DNA from: an uncultured Acidobacteriota bacterium
GTDB taxonomy: Bacteria; Acidobacteriota; Terriglobia; Terriglobales; Acidobacteriaceae
NCBI GenBank assembly: GCA_963755975.1
Contig: CAVWLS010000016.1
Coordinates: 5,965 to 69,964, forward strand
DNA length: 64,000 nucleotides
Reading direction: 5' to 3'
Shown: piece by piece, positions 8,901 to 22,734 of the stretch
Layout of the letters: the number at the start of each line of letters is the position of its first letter
How positions within the stretch are numbered: position 1 is the stretch's first letter
Position numbers and translations under genes: made by a program
The notes under the pieces: generated by a model
What the model was told of the DNA's origin: nothing
What the model saw: only the letters and a program-made list of their open reading frames with translations
Database searches by the model: none

Positions 8901-9942
8901 CATTCATGGAGATGAAGCTGGCGTCCTTCAGTCCGGGGAAATTTCCTGAGTTGTAGATAATCCATCGGCTGGTTGAGACCGATCCGCTGGCCACCTGCGC
9001 CTGCTTAAAGCAGGGCTTCGGGCTCTTGTCCCCCTCCGCGCACTTGTTGGTCATCAGCAGGTTGTCGAGCGCGGGAAGCGAAGCCGAGAAGGACGGCCCG
9101 AGAATGCGCAGCGGCGCGTCGGGATGACTACTGCCGGAGCTCTCTTCGCCCGGCCGGGTACGCGCCTGTTCTTTGCCGGGCGGTTCTTCGGGTGGCTTCA
9201 GCGCTTCGGCGGCATCCTCTGCGGCCAGAGTTCTGGCCACGGCCTCGGTGCGCAGCGCAATCGTATGCCAGCTCTGCAGCGCATACAGAATCTGTCTCCT
9301 GTGCAGTATGCCGCTGGTCGGCGACTCGCCGACCAGAAAAACAATCAAGTATTCTCCCCGGACTCTGGCCTGCTGGTAGCGATTCCGGCGAAAGATCAGA
9401 ACGCCGGGAGCACATTCACGATCTGTGTCGAACCCGTGGACGTTGGTGCGGTCGATGGGGTCCTGCGACGACTGGTAGGGCACGGGATCCCAGGGCAGCC
9501 ACTGGCTGACGTAAACCCAGCCGGGAGATTTTTCCGAGGTCCCGTCCTGAAGCGCCTGCTGGAGCACGTCAATATAGCGGTCGAAACGCAGCGCGAGATG
9601 CGTGTGCACCGGATCGGGCACAAGGGCAATCATGGATTCGGTGAGCTGACTCCTCTGCCTTGTCTCCGTCGCTGGTCCTGCTGGGGGCTTGCCGGCTTCA
9701 TCCGGCTCGGGGAAGTCCACGCCGAATTCGGCGAGCTTTTCGTGCATCTCGTATCTGGCAACGGAGCAGATGTCCCCGGGATTAAAGAGCTTCTTGCTGC
9801 CTTCAATCTGAGGGACTTCGCGGGGCGTCTGCCTCCTCGGAGCTTGCGGAGACGGCGCGGTCTGGGCTCCAGAGCCGGCTGGTTGCGGCGCGCGAGGGCA
9901 ACGACCGCGGCGAGGCGAAGACAGCGAGCAATACCAGCGCAA
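5929..9942 (-). CDS. Large (~1330 aa) polytopic membrane protein of unknown function; the N-terminal soluble part is possibly periplasmic-binding-protein-like
   Basis: Uninterrupted 4-kb ORF with at least 10 hydrophobic helices in the C-terminal 650 aa (e.g. LAVVCLLALFVFFGLVLCTF, SIMVMMILIFAGFVIAVVVVF). N-terminal alternating beta-alpha-like segments (MIALVPDP, YLIVFLVGESPTSGI, LRILGPSFSASL). A signal-peptide-like start sits out of frame at 9970 (see findings). Confidence 0.7.
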   Translation of the reverse strand: MRWYCSLSSPRRGRCPRAPQPAGSGAQTAPSPQAPRRQTPREVPQIEGSKKLFNPGDICSVARYEMHEKLAEFGVDFPEPDEAGKPPAGPATETRQRSQLTESMIALVPDPVHTHLALRFDRYIDVLQQALQDGTSEKSPGWVYVSQWLPWDPVPYQSSQDPIDRTNVHGFDTDRECAPGVLIFRRNRYQQARVRGEYLIVFLVGESPTSGILHRRQILYALQSWHTIALRTEAVARTLAAEDAAEALKPPEEPPGKEQARTRPGEESSGSSHPDAPLRILGPSFSASLPALDNLLMTNKCAEGDKSPKPCFKQAQVASGSVSTSRWIIYNSGNFPGLKDASFISMNESSDAIQEMLLNYLASHEHIPRSQVAFVSEDETAFGNLLSSIPQSPGDRSAPERPLLFHYPREISQLRNAYAKSSILHRPSQAQSSDNPNQQDLTLSLEDRHEEEDSVPSFSDNQSPISEESVLSAMTRAMDREHVRVAVINGSDVLDVIFVARYFGRNLPNVRVVLLNADLFFERSPDVSDFRGMLMANSYPLIPDNIAWTGRFMHVPENGDGAATEDHPGPFGTYLPERIFASYEENGIYNAVRVLEMAPLPFLMAGQTSPEGTSGTGGSIGTKTGESTPPAAQEPPKPLWLAEYTDPFHGGDHPPLWLNAVGRGGFWPVALLGRDPSASRTQGRTSLADIPGVGDGGPSGSDSIPPAMFDSWSQSGSRLGPVSFPRLVAQKLVVARLAVVCLLALFVFFGLVLCTFARLERWPEYVFDIKGTNSERRGWIVLVIVLSFSWMARLLILDLPGAKFFQDPVNSGLIFLQIVLLLFALWLVRRALWEGERRYFAWVLIALTLMAQFAFAWIKPGEFSARIFFLYRSEHLFNGVSPVVPFLFLSIAVVCLISRHIHSLLIFSPRLMPRIPCYEGNRSPEILRSIHRCAINDILRACYSPWRMLASKLRYLLPDRKRKHPQDQGLQPDPNQRVKRLNRLRKQSGCPPVGNVPKLPAVLLVLTLVILLVSAYLLFPRGFETFETRAYSIWLSICSFAILIFLLHEIGWVILMWISLHKGLLNPLERTTLRACFSRASGFSWQRLWFSIDLSPAVRFRPLFRAYESMLHIEKDASCPAGLKPAFGRARREYNGLMTDLEPKSRVAAFARFQVALCGAASAVIGHILSGRSRQKDQLGTSLDVPAKEIEDVLKESAKDDPLGANAEEFVGLVYIYGIQHVLMDIRSHILAFTFGYFFLLLALTAYPVGPHHSIMVMMILIFAGFVIAVVVVFSQMHRDSILSRTTSTEPGKLDIGFYEKLISVLGVPAIGLLASAFPEISNFLFSWLEPSLQTLK

Positions 9943-10245
9943 AACCCGGCATCAGGTAGTTCCGCAGCATGGAACTCTCCTAAGACTTTGGCCCTGGGGG
10001 TTAGGCCCGCAAAGAATGGTGAGAGATCGCGCGTGTCAGTTACGGCGCAGGCTGAGCTCGATTTGTGCCTGCGGGAAGTACGGACCCGATGCTATCGGAA
10101 GGAGGTTGTGGAATCAAGAGATTACGACCTTCGAGGGATATCTGCATCGCGAAAGTTTGTGGGAAACTTACGATATCCTGAAACAGCTACACAGTTTTGC
10201 TTTGCCAGCTAATCCTGCCCTGGGCCCCGTTCTCCCTGCTTAAAG

Positions 10246-11490
10246 ATGCGCGTCTGCATTGTTGCCGAACATGCTTCGTATAAATTCGGTGGAGAAGCCG
10301 TCCTGCCTCTCCACTACTTCGCGGGCCTGCGGGCGCGCGGGGTCGAGGCATGGCTGGTGGTGCACAGCCGCACGCGTAACGAGCTCGAAGCCGCCTTCGC
10401 AAGCGACTCCAGCCGGCTGCGCTTCATCCCCGATGCCTGGTTTCACAAGCTGCTCAATTGGCTGAGCGGATTTCTTCCCCGCCGCCTCTCGGGCGCCACC
10501 CTGGGATTGCTCAGCCAGCTGATTACGCAATATCTGGCACGCAGGATTGTGCGCGAGCTTATCGCAAGCGAGGCAATCGACGTGGTGCATCAGCCGATTC
10601 CGGTCTCGCCACGATTTCCGTCGCTCATGACCGGGCTCGGCGTGCCCGTTGTGATCGGCCCAATGAACGGAGGCATGGAATATCCCGCGGCTTTCCGGAA
10701 CGCCGAATCACCCTTCAGCCGGATAGCCATCAGTATTGGACGTCAGTTTTCAAACTTCTTCAATTCGATGCTGCCCGGCAAGAAGCGCGCCGCCGTCCTG
10801 CTCGTTGCCAACGAGCGGACACGGCTGGCACTTCCCGCCGGAGTGCGCGGCCAGGTGATCGAGCTGGTCGAAAATGCGGTTCACCTGAAGACATGGTCGA
10901 GGGTTGCAAATGCAGAGGAAACGGCTCCGAAGCCGCGATTCGTCTTCATTGGCCGGCTGGTTGACTGGAAGGCGCTTGATATTGTCATCGAAGCGCTCGG
11001 CCTGGTGCCAGGCGCCGAGCTGACAATCATCGGCGACGGGCCGATGCGCGAGCCATGGAGACAGGCAACGGAAAACCTCGGCGTATCGGATCGCGTGAAC
11101 TTTACCGGCTGGCTTCCGCAGATCGAATGCGCGCCGCATCTGCATGCTTCTCTCGCGCTTGTGCTGCCGAGCGTCTACGAATGCGGAGGCGCGGTGGTGC
11201 TCGAAGCGATGGCCAGCGGGATTCCGGTGATCGCAACAAAGTGGGGTGGCCCGGCGGATTATCTCGATAGTTCCTGCGGATTTCTCATTGAACCATCCAG
11301 CCGGGAGACGATGGTTCAGGGCTTCGTTGCGGCCATGAGCAAGCTGGTTCAGGAGCCGCGACTGCGAGATCAGCTTGGCGCAAACGGTCGACAGCGTGTG
11401 GAGCAGAGCTTTGACTGGGATAAAAAGATCGATCGAATGCTCGAGATTTACGGTGAAGCCCGGCAACTCGCCGCGCTACTGCGGCCGTAA
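10246..11490 (+). CDS. Glycosyltransferase, GT4 (GT-B fold) family
   Basis: C-terminal signature SVYECGGAVVLEAMASGIPVIATKWGGPADYL; N-terminal MRVCIVAEHASYKFGGEA. Confidence 0.85.
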   Translation: MRVCIVAEHASYKFGGEAVLPLHYFAGLRARGVEAWLVVHSRTRNELEAAFASDSSRLRFIPDAWFHKLLNWLSGFLPRRLSGATLGLLSQLITQYLARRIVRELIASEAIDVVHQPIPVSPRFPSLMTGLGVPVVIGPMNGGMEYPAAFRNAESPFSRIAISIGRQFSNFFNSMLPGKKRAAVLLVANERTRLALPAGVRGQVIELVENAVHLKTWSRVANAEETAPKPRFVFIGRLVDWKALDIVIEALGLVPGAELTIIGDGPMREPWRQATENLGVSDRVNFTGWLPQIECAPHLHASLALVLPSVYECGGAVVLEAMASGIPVIATKWGGPADYLDSSCGFLIEPSSRETMVQGFVAAMSKLVQEPRLRDQLGANGRQRVEQSFDWDKKIDRMLEIYGEARQLAALLRP

Positions 11491-12432
11491 GATTTGATAG
11501 TAACCCAGGGCTTTCAGCACATTCTTAAAGGCCCGATCTCTTGAAAACTCCGCGGGTTTCAATTCCACAAATGGAATCACGCGCCCGGGCCGGGTGTGTT
11601 CAGCGTCGCTCTCCATCAGCCCGGCGTCGCGCACCGACTCAAGCCACCACTTGGACTCGCCGCCCGCGTGGAAGCACTTGACGCTGCCCCATGGCTCCGA
11701 CCGCAGAATACGCACGCCGCTCACGCCCACTTTCGTCATGACCCGTTTGGGCACCGAGCGATGCCAGCATTTCCAATATCCCGGGTCGAGGTGTCCCCCG
11801 CCGATGCGCATGGCCAGGGCCGCCCACACGATGGCTTCAATATGCGCAAGCCGGGGCAGATTTGTTCCGCCCAGCTGCGCCACCAGCCAGTTAAGCCAGT
11901 CAAGGTCGGCGGAAGCGCGCCAATTCGCCACCCCGATATCGACGTGGTGCGAGAGGCGGATCCCGTCTCCCATGGCCTTCCACACCACTTCCGGCGGGTA
12001 GAGGCAGCTGGTGCGCTGCCACATAAGCAGCACACCGCTCGGGGGCGTCGCTTCGAATGTGAAGCGGTTGGGAAAGTAAAGGTCGGGGTCGAGCAGCACC
12101 AGCTCTTCGCCTGGCTCGCTCAGCAGCAGCGGATCAGTGATCTTGCGCCAGCAGGGATGACCGTGGCGAAAAACGCGCAGGTGCTCATGTTTGGCAAAGA
12201 GCTCCTCTTCGCGCGCCGCGAGATCCTCCTCGGCATACACCGTCCACTGGTGATGTTTGGCATCCACCTTGGCCACGGCTTCCGACAATACGTCCTTGTC
12301 CTCACGTGAGTCGGTAATCAGGCGTATGTGAAGCGTCTCAAGAGAATTGAGAAAGAGGCTCTCCAACGCACCCCTGGCATAGCCCAGGGCGCGCGGTGAG
12401 AGGATCATATAGACTTGGCGGGTTGCGGGCAT
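11476..12432 (-). CDS. Hypothetical protein, possibly a DxD-type glycosyltransferase
   Basis: 318-aa ORF convergent with, and overlapping by 15 nt, the GT4 gene. The LVLLDPDLYF motif resembles a DxD nucleotide-sugar site. No family recognised with certainty. Confidence 0.55.
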   Translation of the reverse strand: MPATRQVYMILSPRALGYARGALESLFLNSLETLHIRLITDSREDKDVLSEAVAKVDAKHHQWTVYAEEDLAAREEELFAKHEHLRVFRHGHPCWRKITDPLLLSEPGEELVLLDPDLYFPNRFTFEATPPSGVLLMWQRTSCLYPPEVVWKAMGDGIRLSHHVDIGVANWRASADLDWLNWLVAQLGGTNLPRLAHIEAIVWAALAMRIGGGHLDPGYWKCWHRSVPKRVMTKVGVSGVRILRSEPWGSVKCFHAGGESKWWLESVRDAGLMESDAEHTRPGRVIPFVELKPAEFSRDRAFKNVLKALGYYQILRPQ

Positions 12433-12726
12433 CAGGTGGCTTTCTTGTTATTCACGGGGCGCTGGGTTTGGTTCGCGGGGGGCCCTGGCTGCGTCGGATC
12501 GGTCGAAAATTAACCGGGGGAATTCCGTTACGGACCCCGATATTCGGCCCTCAAAATACTGATTTTACGATCATCAACAGGAAAAGTCGAAGATCGAAGC
12601 TGCGGCTTTCGGGGGATCGCTCCCCGGCATTGTCTCGTCACCCCCGCGTATGCCGAGGGCTCGGCGATGAAGATCACCGTCGCTTGGCGCTCCTGAAAGT
12701 CCGGCATGTAAAATGGCCTGAGTAAT

Positions 12727-13779
12727 ATGCTCAAAGGCTTTCCCACGAACTTTCGCCCCGTTTCTGCTTTGTTGTTTGCGCTTTCCGCCGCTTTTGCTTT
12801 CGGACAGACCGCTCCCACACAGCCCGCGCCGGCTCCCCAGACCCAGCAGCCGCAGAATGCCGATGTGCCGGCTCCCGGCCAGCAGGCCCCCGCGCCCAGC
12901 CAGCAGGCGCCAGCTCCCGGTCAGCCGGCAAACGACCAGCAGTACACCATTACCCGGCAGGTCAACGAAGTCGATCTCGTTTTTACGGTCACCGACAAGC
13001 ATGGCCACTTCATCTCCGACCTCAAGCAGAGCGACTTCGCTCTTCTCGACGACCAGAAGGCTCCCGATCGCGTCTACAGCTTCACCCAGCAGACCAATCT
13101 GCCTCTGCGCGTCGGCATCGTCATTGACACCAGCACCTCCATCCGCACGCGCTTCAACTTCGAGCAGCAGGCGGCCATCGAATTTCTTCTGCAGATCGTC
13201 AAGCCCAGAAGCGACAAGGGCTTCGTGATGGGCTTCGATGTCACCCCCGACTACAAGCAGGACTGGACCAACAATCTCGACCTGCTGACCACCGGCATCA
13301 ACGCGCTGCGCCCCGGCGGTGGCACCGCGCTCTTTGACGCCGTATACAGCGCCTGCCGCGACAAGCTTCTCGATGCCTCGCGCGGGCAGGAGCCCGTCCG
13401 CAAGGCCATGGTCCTCATCTCTGACGGCGACGACAACCAGAGCCACGCCTATCTCGACGACGCTATCAAGGAGTGCCAGCGCGCCGAGACCATCGTCTAC
13501 GCCATCAGCACCAATACCAGCCCCAGCCGCGATCGCGGCGACGACATCCTGCAGAAGATTGCCGACGCCACCGGAGGCCGCGCCTTCTTTCCCAAGCGCC
13601 TGGAAGAAATGCCTGTCAGCTTCCAGGACATCACGGACGAGCTCCGCAGCCAGTACGCGCTGGTTTACAAGCCGGCCGACTTCATCGCGAATGGAGCCTT
13701 CCGCCCCATCTATCTCTTTTGCCTCGACCGGCGGTACGTTGTGCGCGTGCGCAAGGGGTATTTCGCGCCCAAGGGGTGA
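12727..13779 (+). CDS. Secreted VWA-domain protein (VWFA-related Acidobacterial type)
   Basis: Signal peptide, Pro/Gln-rich linker, then VDLVFTVTDKHGHFISDLKQSDFALLDDQK..LRVGIVIDTSTS..GGTALFDAVY..MVLISDGDDNQS (MIDAS-like DxSxS). Confidence 0.85.
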   Translation: MLKGFPTNFRPVSALLFALSAAFAFGQTAPTQPAPAPQTQQPQNADVPAPGQQAPAPSQQAPAPGQPANDQQYTITRQVNEVDLVFTVTDKHGHFISDLKQSDFALLDDQKAPDRVYSFTQQTNLPLRVGIVIDTSTSIRTRFNFEQQAAIEFLLQIVKPRSDKGFVMGFDVTPDYKQDWTNNLDLLTTGINALRPGGGTALFDAVYSACRDKLLDASRGQEPVRKAMVLISDGDDNQSHAYLDDAIKECQRAETIVYAISTNTSPSRDRGDDILQKIADATGGRAFFPKRLEEMPVSFQDITDELRSQYALVYKPADFIANGAFRPIYLFCLDRRYVVRVRKGYFAPKG

Positions 13780-13819
13780 GAACGAAGCCGAATTCTCTTT
13801 TTTATTGGGTGACGGAAGG

Positions 13820-14128
13820 CTAACTGCGAAATAACGATTCGATGTCCCGTCTGCCGTGTAAAACGTGCAGGATCAGAACTGCGCTGCCTGTCTCTATACG
13901 ATAGATAACAACATACTCGTCAACGACCAGACTGCGCAGTCCAGGTTTCAAATCATCATCCCGACGTCGCCCAAGGTAGGGATGGCGTGCCAACAACCAA
14001 AAGTGATCCATGATACCGTCTATAATCCGGCTGGCAATTTCCTGATTGTGAGTTGTTCGCGCGAGATAGAGCCAGATTTCATCCAACTCAGATTCTGCTT
14101 CGGAAGAGATGCGAATCTCAACCATCAC
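13820..14128 (-). CDS. parE: Type II toxin, ParE/RelE superfamily
   Basis: AESELDEIWLYLAR..ASRIIDGIMDHFWLLARHPYLGRRRDDL..VVDEYVVIYRIE..VLILHVLHGRRD. The stop of the upstream antitoxin gene lies 2 nt away. Confidence 0.85.
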   Translation of the reverse strand: MMVEIRISSEAESELDEIWLYLARTTHNQEIASRIIDGIMDHFWLLARHPYLGRRRDDDLKPGLRSLVVDEYVVIYRIETGSAVLILHVLHGRRDIESLFRS

Positions 14129-14130
14129 CG

Positions 14131-14406
14131 CTAGCTGTTCTCAGCGGCTAAACGTTCCGTTCCGCGCCGCTTGATGTCGGCAGCAAGCTGCGCGATCTGC
14201 TCGCGACTCGTGATTCTGCGTCCTTCGCCACGCGCCAGGGAGTCTTCTGAAGCTTCTACTGCGGCTAAGATCTCCATCCGTCGCCGCTCGCGTTCTTCCC
14301 ACAATGCCATTGCCTGCTCGAACGCTTCTTCAGCTGTTCGAAGGCGTCCGCTTTCGATGCCTTCTCGAATAAGAGCCTGCTGATCTTCACTCAAACGAAC
14401 GTCCAT
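14131..14406 (-). CDS. parD: Type II antitoxin, ParD family
   Basis: MDVRLSEDQQALIREGIESGRLRTAEEAFEQAMALWEERERRR..SLARGEGR; immediately upstream of parE. Confidence 0.8.
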   Translation of the reverse strand: MDVRLSEDQQALIREGIESGRLRTAEEAFEQAMALWEERERRRMEILAAVEASEDSLARGEGRRITSREQIAQLAADIKRRGTERLAAENS

Positions 14407-14437
14407 AGCTCGAACATAGGATGCAGATGATCACAAG

Positions 14438-14528
14438 TCAACTGCCCAGCATCTCTACCAGCGCCGCCTCGTCCAGCACCTTCACGCCCAGCTCGCGTGC
14501 CTTGTCGAGCTTCGAACGCGTCTTCGCC
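14438..14528 (-). pseudogene. Orphan 3'-terminal fragment of a ligA gene (last ~29 codons plus stop)
   Basis: The minus strand reads AKTRSKLDKARELGVKVLDEAALVEMLGS*, compared with the intact ligA end [31 protein letters not shown] at 15448-15545. Confidence 0.75.
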
Positions 14529-14537
14529 TACTCTGGA

Positions 14538-15398
<861 letters not shown>

Positions 15399-15447
15399 TT
15401 ATTCCTTGCATTGGAGAATCAGTCTCGCTAGAGATAGCCGAGCTAAG

Positions 15448-18991
<3,544 letters not shown>

Positions 18992-19128
18992 GCTCGCAAT
19001 GACTCTACCGTCTCAAGGCTGCTGATCCTATCAAATCTCTTTTCCACCCCATCACACACATTACCTTGACCCCACCCCCGGCAGTCCGCAGAATAAAAGA
19101 GCCAAGTTCTTATCCCACCGAGGTTTTC

Positions 19129-19659
19129 ATGTCCGCCTATCTGCTGATTCTTCTGGCTGTTCTGAGCCGCGTTGTCCCGCATCCCGCGTGGCTCAACTTC
19201 ACCGCCGTCGGCGGCGCACTGCTCTTCTTCGGAGCCCGCCGACCGCTGCGCCAGGCCATCCTGCCCGTCGCCCTGCTGGCCGCGACCGACTACTACCTGA
19301 CGGTCTATTTCTACAACTATCCCTTCCACATCTCGGCTTACCTTCTCACCTGGGCCTGGTACGCCGCCGTTATCATCCTCGGACGGATCCTGCTGGCAAA
19401 GCACGTCTCTGCCCTGCGCGTCGGGAGCGCTGTGCTCATCGCGCCCACGTCCTTCTTCCTGATCACGAATTTCGCCGCATGGCTTAGCATGCCGACGGTG
19501 TATCCGCGGAGCTTCGCCGGACTCGGCATGTCATACGTGGCCGGTCTGCCCTTCTACCGCAATGATCTGATCTCGACGGCGCTGGTGGCCGGATTGGCCT
19601 TCGGCCTGCCCGCGCTGGCGCGGCAGCTGACGACGCATCATCAGCCGGCCGGCGTTTAG
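19129..19659 (+). CDS. Polytopic membrane protein of unknown function
   Basis: MSAYLLILLAVLSRVVPHP.WLNFTAVGGALLFFG.. with 5-6 predicted helices. The ATG at 19129 is in frame with ORF 19066..19659. Confidence 0.65.
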   Translation: MSAYLLILLAVLSRVVPHPAWLNFTAVGGALLFFGARRPLRQAILPVALLAATDYYLTVYFYNYPFHISAYLLTWAWYAAVIILGRILLAKHVSALRVGSAVLIAPTSFFLITNFAAWLSMPTVYPRSFAGLGMSYVAGLPFYRNDLISTALVAGLAFGLPALARQLTTHHQPAGV

Positions 19660-19764
19660 CCGCGCGGCTAACGCGAATCACAAGGCGGGTCTCAAAAAAG
19701 ACCCGCCTCTTGGTTTGGGCGGCACTCCCCTGGGCGGCACTCACGGACTTGCCCACAGATCATC

Positions 19765-20271
19765 ATGGCGCATATCGAAGTTCTTCCCGCCACGCTCGAG
19801 CAGAAGCCGATCGTGGCCAATTTACTTGAGCTGTACGCTCACGACTTCAGCGAGTTCCATCCTGTGGAACTGGGAGCGGATGGCCGATTCGGCTACCGGG
19901 ATCTTTCGCTCTACTGGCTTGAGCCCGACCGGCACCCGTTTCTTGTCAACGTTGGCGGCAAATTGGCAGGCTTTGTTCTGGTGAGAAAAGGATCGAAGCT
20001 CTCAGGCAATGAGACGGTCTGGGACATGGTGGAGTTCTTTGTCGTTCGTGGTTATCGGAGGCGCGGCGTTGGAACGGCCATTGCGCGTGAAGTGTGGAGG
20101 CGGTTTCCAGGGCCGTGGGAAGTTCGCGTGATGGAAGCGAATCATTCGGCGCACCACTTCTGGGAGCAAGCGGTCACGAAGTTTACCGGTGAGGCTGTTT
20201 ACCCGGCTCACATCGAAAAAAATGGCGAGCGCTGGCGTCTTTTTTCATTCGAATCCAGTGGCGCCGCGTAA
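19765..20271 (+). CDS. GNAT-family N-acetyltransferase
   Basis: Acetyl-CoA motif FFVVRGYRRRGVGTAIAREVW. Confidence 0.8.
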   Translation: MAHIEVLPATLEQKPIVANLLELYAHDFSEFHPVELGADGRFGYRDLSLYWLEPDRHPFLVNVGGKLAGFVLVRKGSKLSGNETVWDMVEFFVVRGYRRRGVGTAIAREVWRRFPGPWEVRVMEANHSAHHFWEQAVTKFTGEAVYPAHIEKNGERWRLFSFESSGAA

Positions 20272-20276
20272 CCCGC

Positions 20277-21422
20277 CTATCTGGGCTGCGGATTCCCCGG
20301 CTGATACGGGCCCTTCTGATTCCCGGGACCGCCCACGAACTGCACCGTCGGGATGCGTTCGCTCATCTCGGGCAGCGGCGGGAACGGCATGTGCGGCTCG
20401 TTCTGGTACCAGTACGCGACCGAGTAGAAGTTGTCGGACCGCGCATTGGCGTGGCCGTGCTCGATGCTCGCCTTCATGTATTTCGTAAATGGCACCGGCG
20501 AGTCCAGGTGGAAGCGGTAGACACTCGTCCGCTCTCCCGCCAACTCTTTGCCCACCACCGGCGCGCCGTGCAATGGAAATGTCTGCGGCGACAAAAAGCC
20601 CCATGCGCCCAGGAAATAATCCTCGCTCCCCGTCCCTACTGACGCGATCTTGTCCGGGTCGTCGATCCAGAAGGCGTCGTTGCCTTCGCCCCACCATCCA
20701 TCCTGGTTCTGGAGAATCGACATGGTCACGCCAACAAACTGACCGTACCCTTTGGCTTCGAACCAGACGTAGTTGTCCTTGCCATCGAGATTGCGCCGGT
20801 AATTCACCTCGGGATCGCCATTCTCATACCAGTTCTTAGCCCATCCCTGCGCCGGCTGAGCCTGCCGGTACTGCGCGTGGAAATAGAGCGTGCCCAAAGG
20901 GAGCGGCTGCGCGTTCACGCGATAGTCGATGTTCCAGTAGAGATTGCTCAGCGTCTGCTTGCCTTCATTCGTAACTGTGATCCGGGCGTGTTTCGCGTAC
21001 GGCATGGGAAACCAGCAGTTCATCGCTTTGTCCGGGCCCACGGAGAGCACCGCCGACTGCCACGCGTAGTAGATGCCATTGCCCAGACCGAAGAAATCAC
21101 CGATCGGCGTTTCCACGCTGGGCGAGTCTTCACCGTCCCAATACATCCGCAGCACAATACGCTTGAGGCTGTAGGGCTCCCCGTCGTTGAGGGTGAACCA
21201 GATGTGCGAGATCATTCCCGGCCCGTCGACGTCGAGAATGGTCATCGTCTGGCCCGGCGTCACGGTGCGGTAGTCGGCATTCGCCCCGGTCGCCTCGCGG
21301 CTCGACGAGCGGTGCAGCGTGTAGGTCTGCTGCTGCGTCGGGTCGGGCATCCACGCCGGAATCTGGCCGAAAACCGGGGCCGCAAGGCACAGCCCGGCAA
21401 GCATCATCAGGAAACGTCGCAT
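20277..21422 (-). CDS. Secreted DUF2961 / glycoside hydrolase family 172-like protein
   Basis: Signal peptide MRRFLMMLAGLCLAAPVFG; DGWWGEGNDAFWIDD..GTGSEDYFLGAWGF. Confidence 0.8.
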   Translation of the reverse strand: MRRFLMMLAGLCLAAPVFGQIPAWMPDPTQQQTYTLHRSSSREATGANADYRTVTPGQTMTILDVDGPGMISHIWFTLNDGEPYSLKRIVLRMYWDGEDSPSVETPIGDFFGLGNGIYYAWQSAVLSVGPDKAMNCWFPMPYAKHARITVTNEGKQTLSNLYWNIDYRVNAQPLPLGTLYFHAQYRQAQPAQGWAKNWYENGDPEVNYRRNLDGKDNYVWFEAKGYGQFVGVTMSILQNQDGWWGEGNDAFWIDDPDKIASVGTGSEDYFLGAWGFLSPQTFPLHGAPVVGKELAGERTSVYRFHLDSPVPFTKYMKASIEHGHANARSDNFYSVAYWYQNEPHMPFPPLPEMSERIPTVQFVGGPGNQKGPYQPGNPQPR

Positions 21423-21608
21423 GCAACCTCCGTTACGGAAATAGCAATGAATCATACCGTCTCGCGTCCATCAGGGAAAAGATGCATCTGGACCGGATGT
21501 TGAATCCCTTACCCGGGGAAACTCCCCGAAGCTGCCCCGCGTCTACCCTTCAGCGCCTTGAGCCGCAACGCGCGAGGTGCACGCAAGCTGATCGGCCAGA
21601 GGAAGTTT

Positions 21609-22661
21609 ATGCTCACCCACGCGCGTCTTGCTGCTGTTCTTGTTCTGTCCTGGCTCCCCACCGTTGTAACTTCCGCGCAACAGGATGCGTCGCCACCCCC
21701 GCAGCCCGGCAGCACGATTAGTCTCGACGTCGTCGCCACTCCCAAATCCGGCGGTCCGCCCTTCGCCGGCCTGGAGCAGAAGGATTTCACCCTCCTCGAC
21801 AACAAGACCCCGCGGCCTATCACGTCGTTCAGGGCGGTCAGCGGCAGCCAGGAGCCGGTGGAGGTTATCCTCCTTATCGATGCCGTCAACACCGATTACC
21901 AGACGATCGCCTATGAGCGGAGCCAGATTGATGCCTTTCTCCGCGCCAATGGAGGCAAGCTGGCGCATCCCGTGAAACTCGCCATCTTCGGCGATACAGG
22001 AACCCAGATTCAGGGCAGCTTCTCGATCGACGGCAACGCGATCGCCACCTCACTCGACCAGCAGACCGTGGCACTTCGCACCCTCCGCCGGTCGGCGGGC
22101 TTCTACGGTGCGGAAGAACGCTTTGATCTGTCCATGAAGGCGCTCTCGCAGCTCGCGGCCGTCGAGGCCAGCCATCCCGGCCGCAAGCTGGTCCTCTGGG
22201 TTTCTCCCGGCTGGCCGATCCTCAGCGGTCCCGCTGTCCAGATCGACGGAAAGCAGCAACAGCAGCTCTTCGGCGCAATCGTGGAAGCGTCCACGGAGCT
22301 TCGAGAGGCGCGCATCACCCTTTACAATGTCGATCCGCTGGGCGCCACGGAATCACCTCTAAGGGTCTCCTATTACCAGCAGTTCCTAAAGGGAGTCGCC
22401 AAGCCTTCGCAGGTATCCGTCGGTAACCTTGCGCTGCAGGTGCTCGCGGCGCAAAGCGGCGGTCTGGTTCTCAACTCCAGTAACGACATCACCGCCCTCC
22501 TGAGGCAAGCCTTTGCCGATGCCGACAACTGGTACGAAATCTCCTTCGAGGCCGCCGGGGCGGAGCGCCCGAACGAATATCACCAGATCCAGATCCAGGT
22601 CGACAAACCCGGCCTCGCCGCGCGCACGCGGCAGGGCTACTACGCGCAGCCTTCGCGCTGA
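21609..22661 (+). CDS. Secreted VWA-domain protein (VWFA-related Acidobacterial type), paralogue of 12727..13779
   Basis: MLTHARLAAVLVLSWLP..; ISLDVVATPKSGGPPFAGLEQKDFTLLDNKTPRPITSF..VILLIDAVN..KLVLWVSPGWP. Confidence 0.8.
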   Translation: MLTHARLAAVLVLSWLPTVVTSAQQDASPPPQPGSTISLDVVATPKSGGPPFAGLEQKDFTLLDNKTPRPITSFRAVSGSQEPVEVILLIDAVNTDYQTIAYERSQIDAFLRANGGKLAHPVKLAIFGDTGTQIQGSFSIDGNAIATSLDQQTVALRTLRRSAGFYGAEERFDLSMKALSQLAAVEASHPGRKLVLWVSPGWPILSGPAVQIDGKQQQQLFGAIVEASTELREARITLYNVDPLGATESPLRVSYYQQFLKGVAKPSQVSVGNLALQVLAAQSGGLVLNSSNDITALLRQAFADADNWYEISFEAAGAERPNEYHQIQIQVDKPGLAARTRQGYYAQPSR

Positions 22662-22734
22662 CGGGGCTGAACTGATCCTGAGGCCCGCCGTTATACTTGC
22701 AGCCGGGCAGCTCGCCAGTCCGTATACATAGCTT

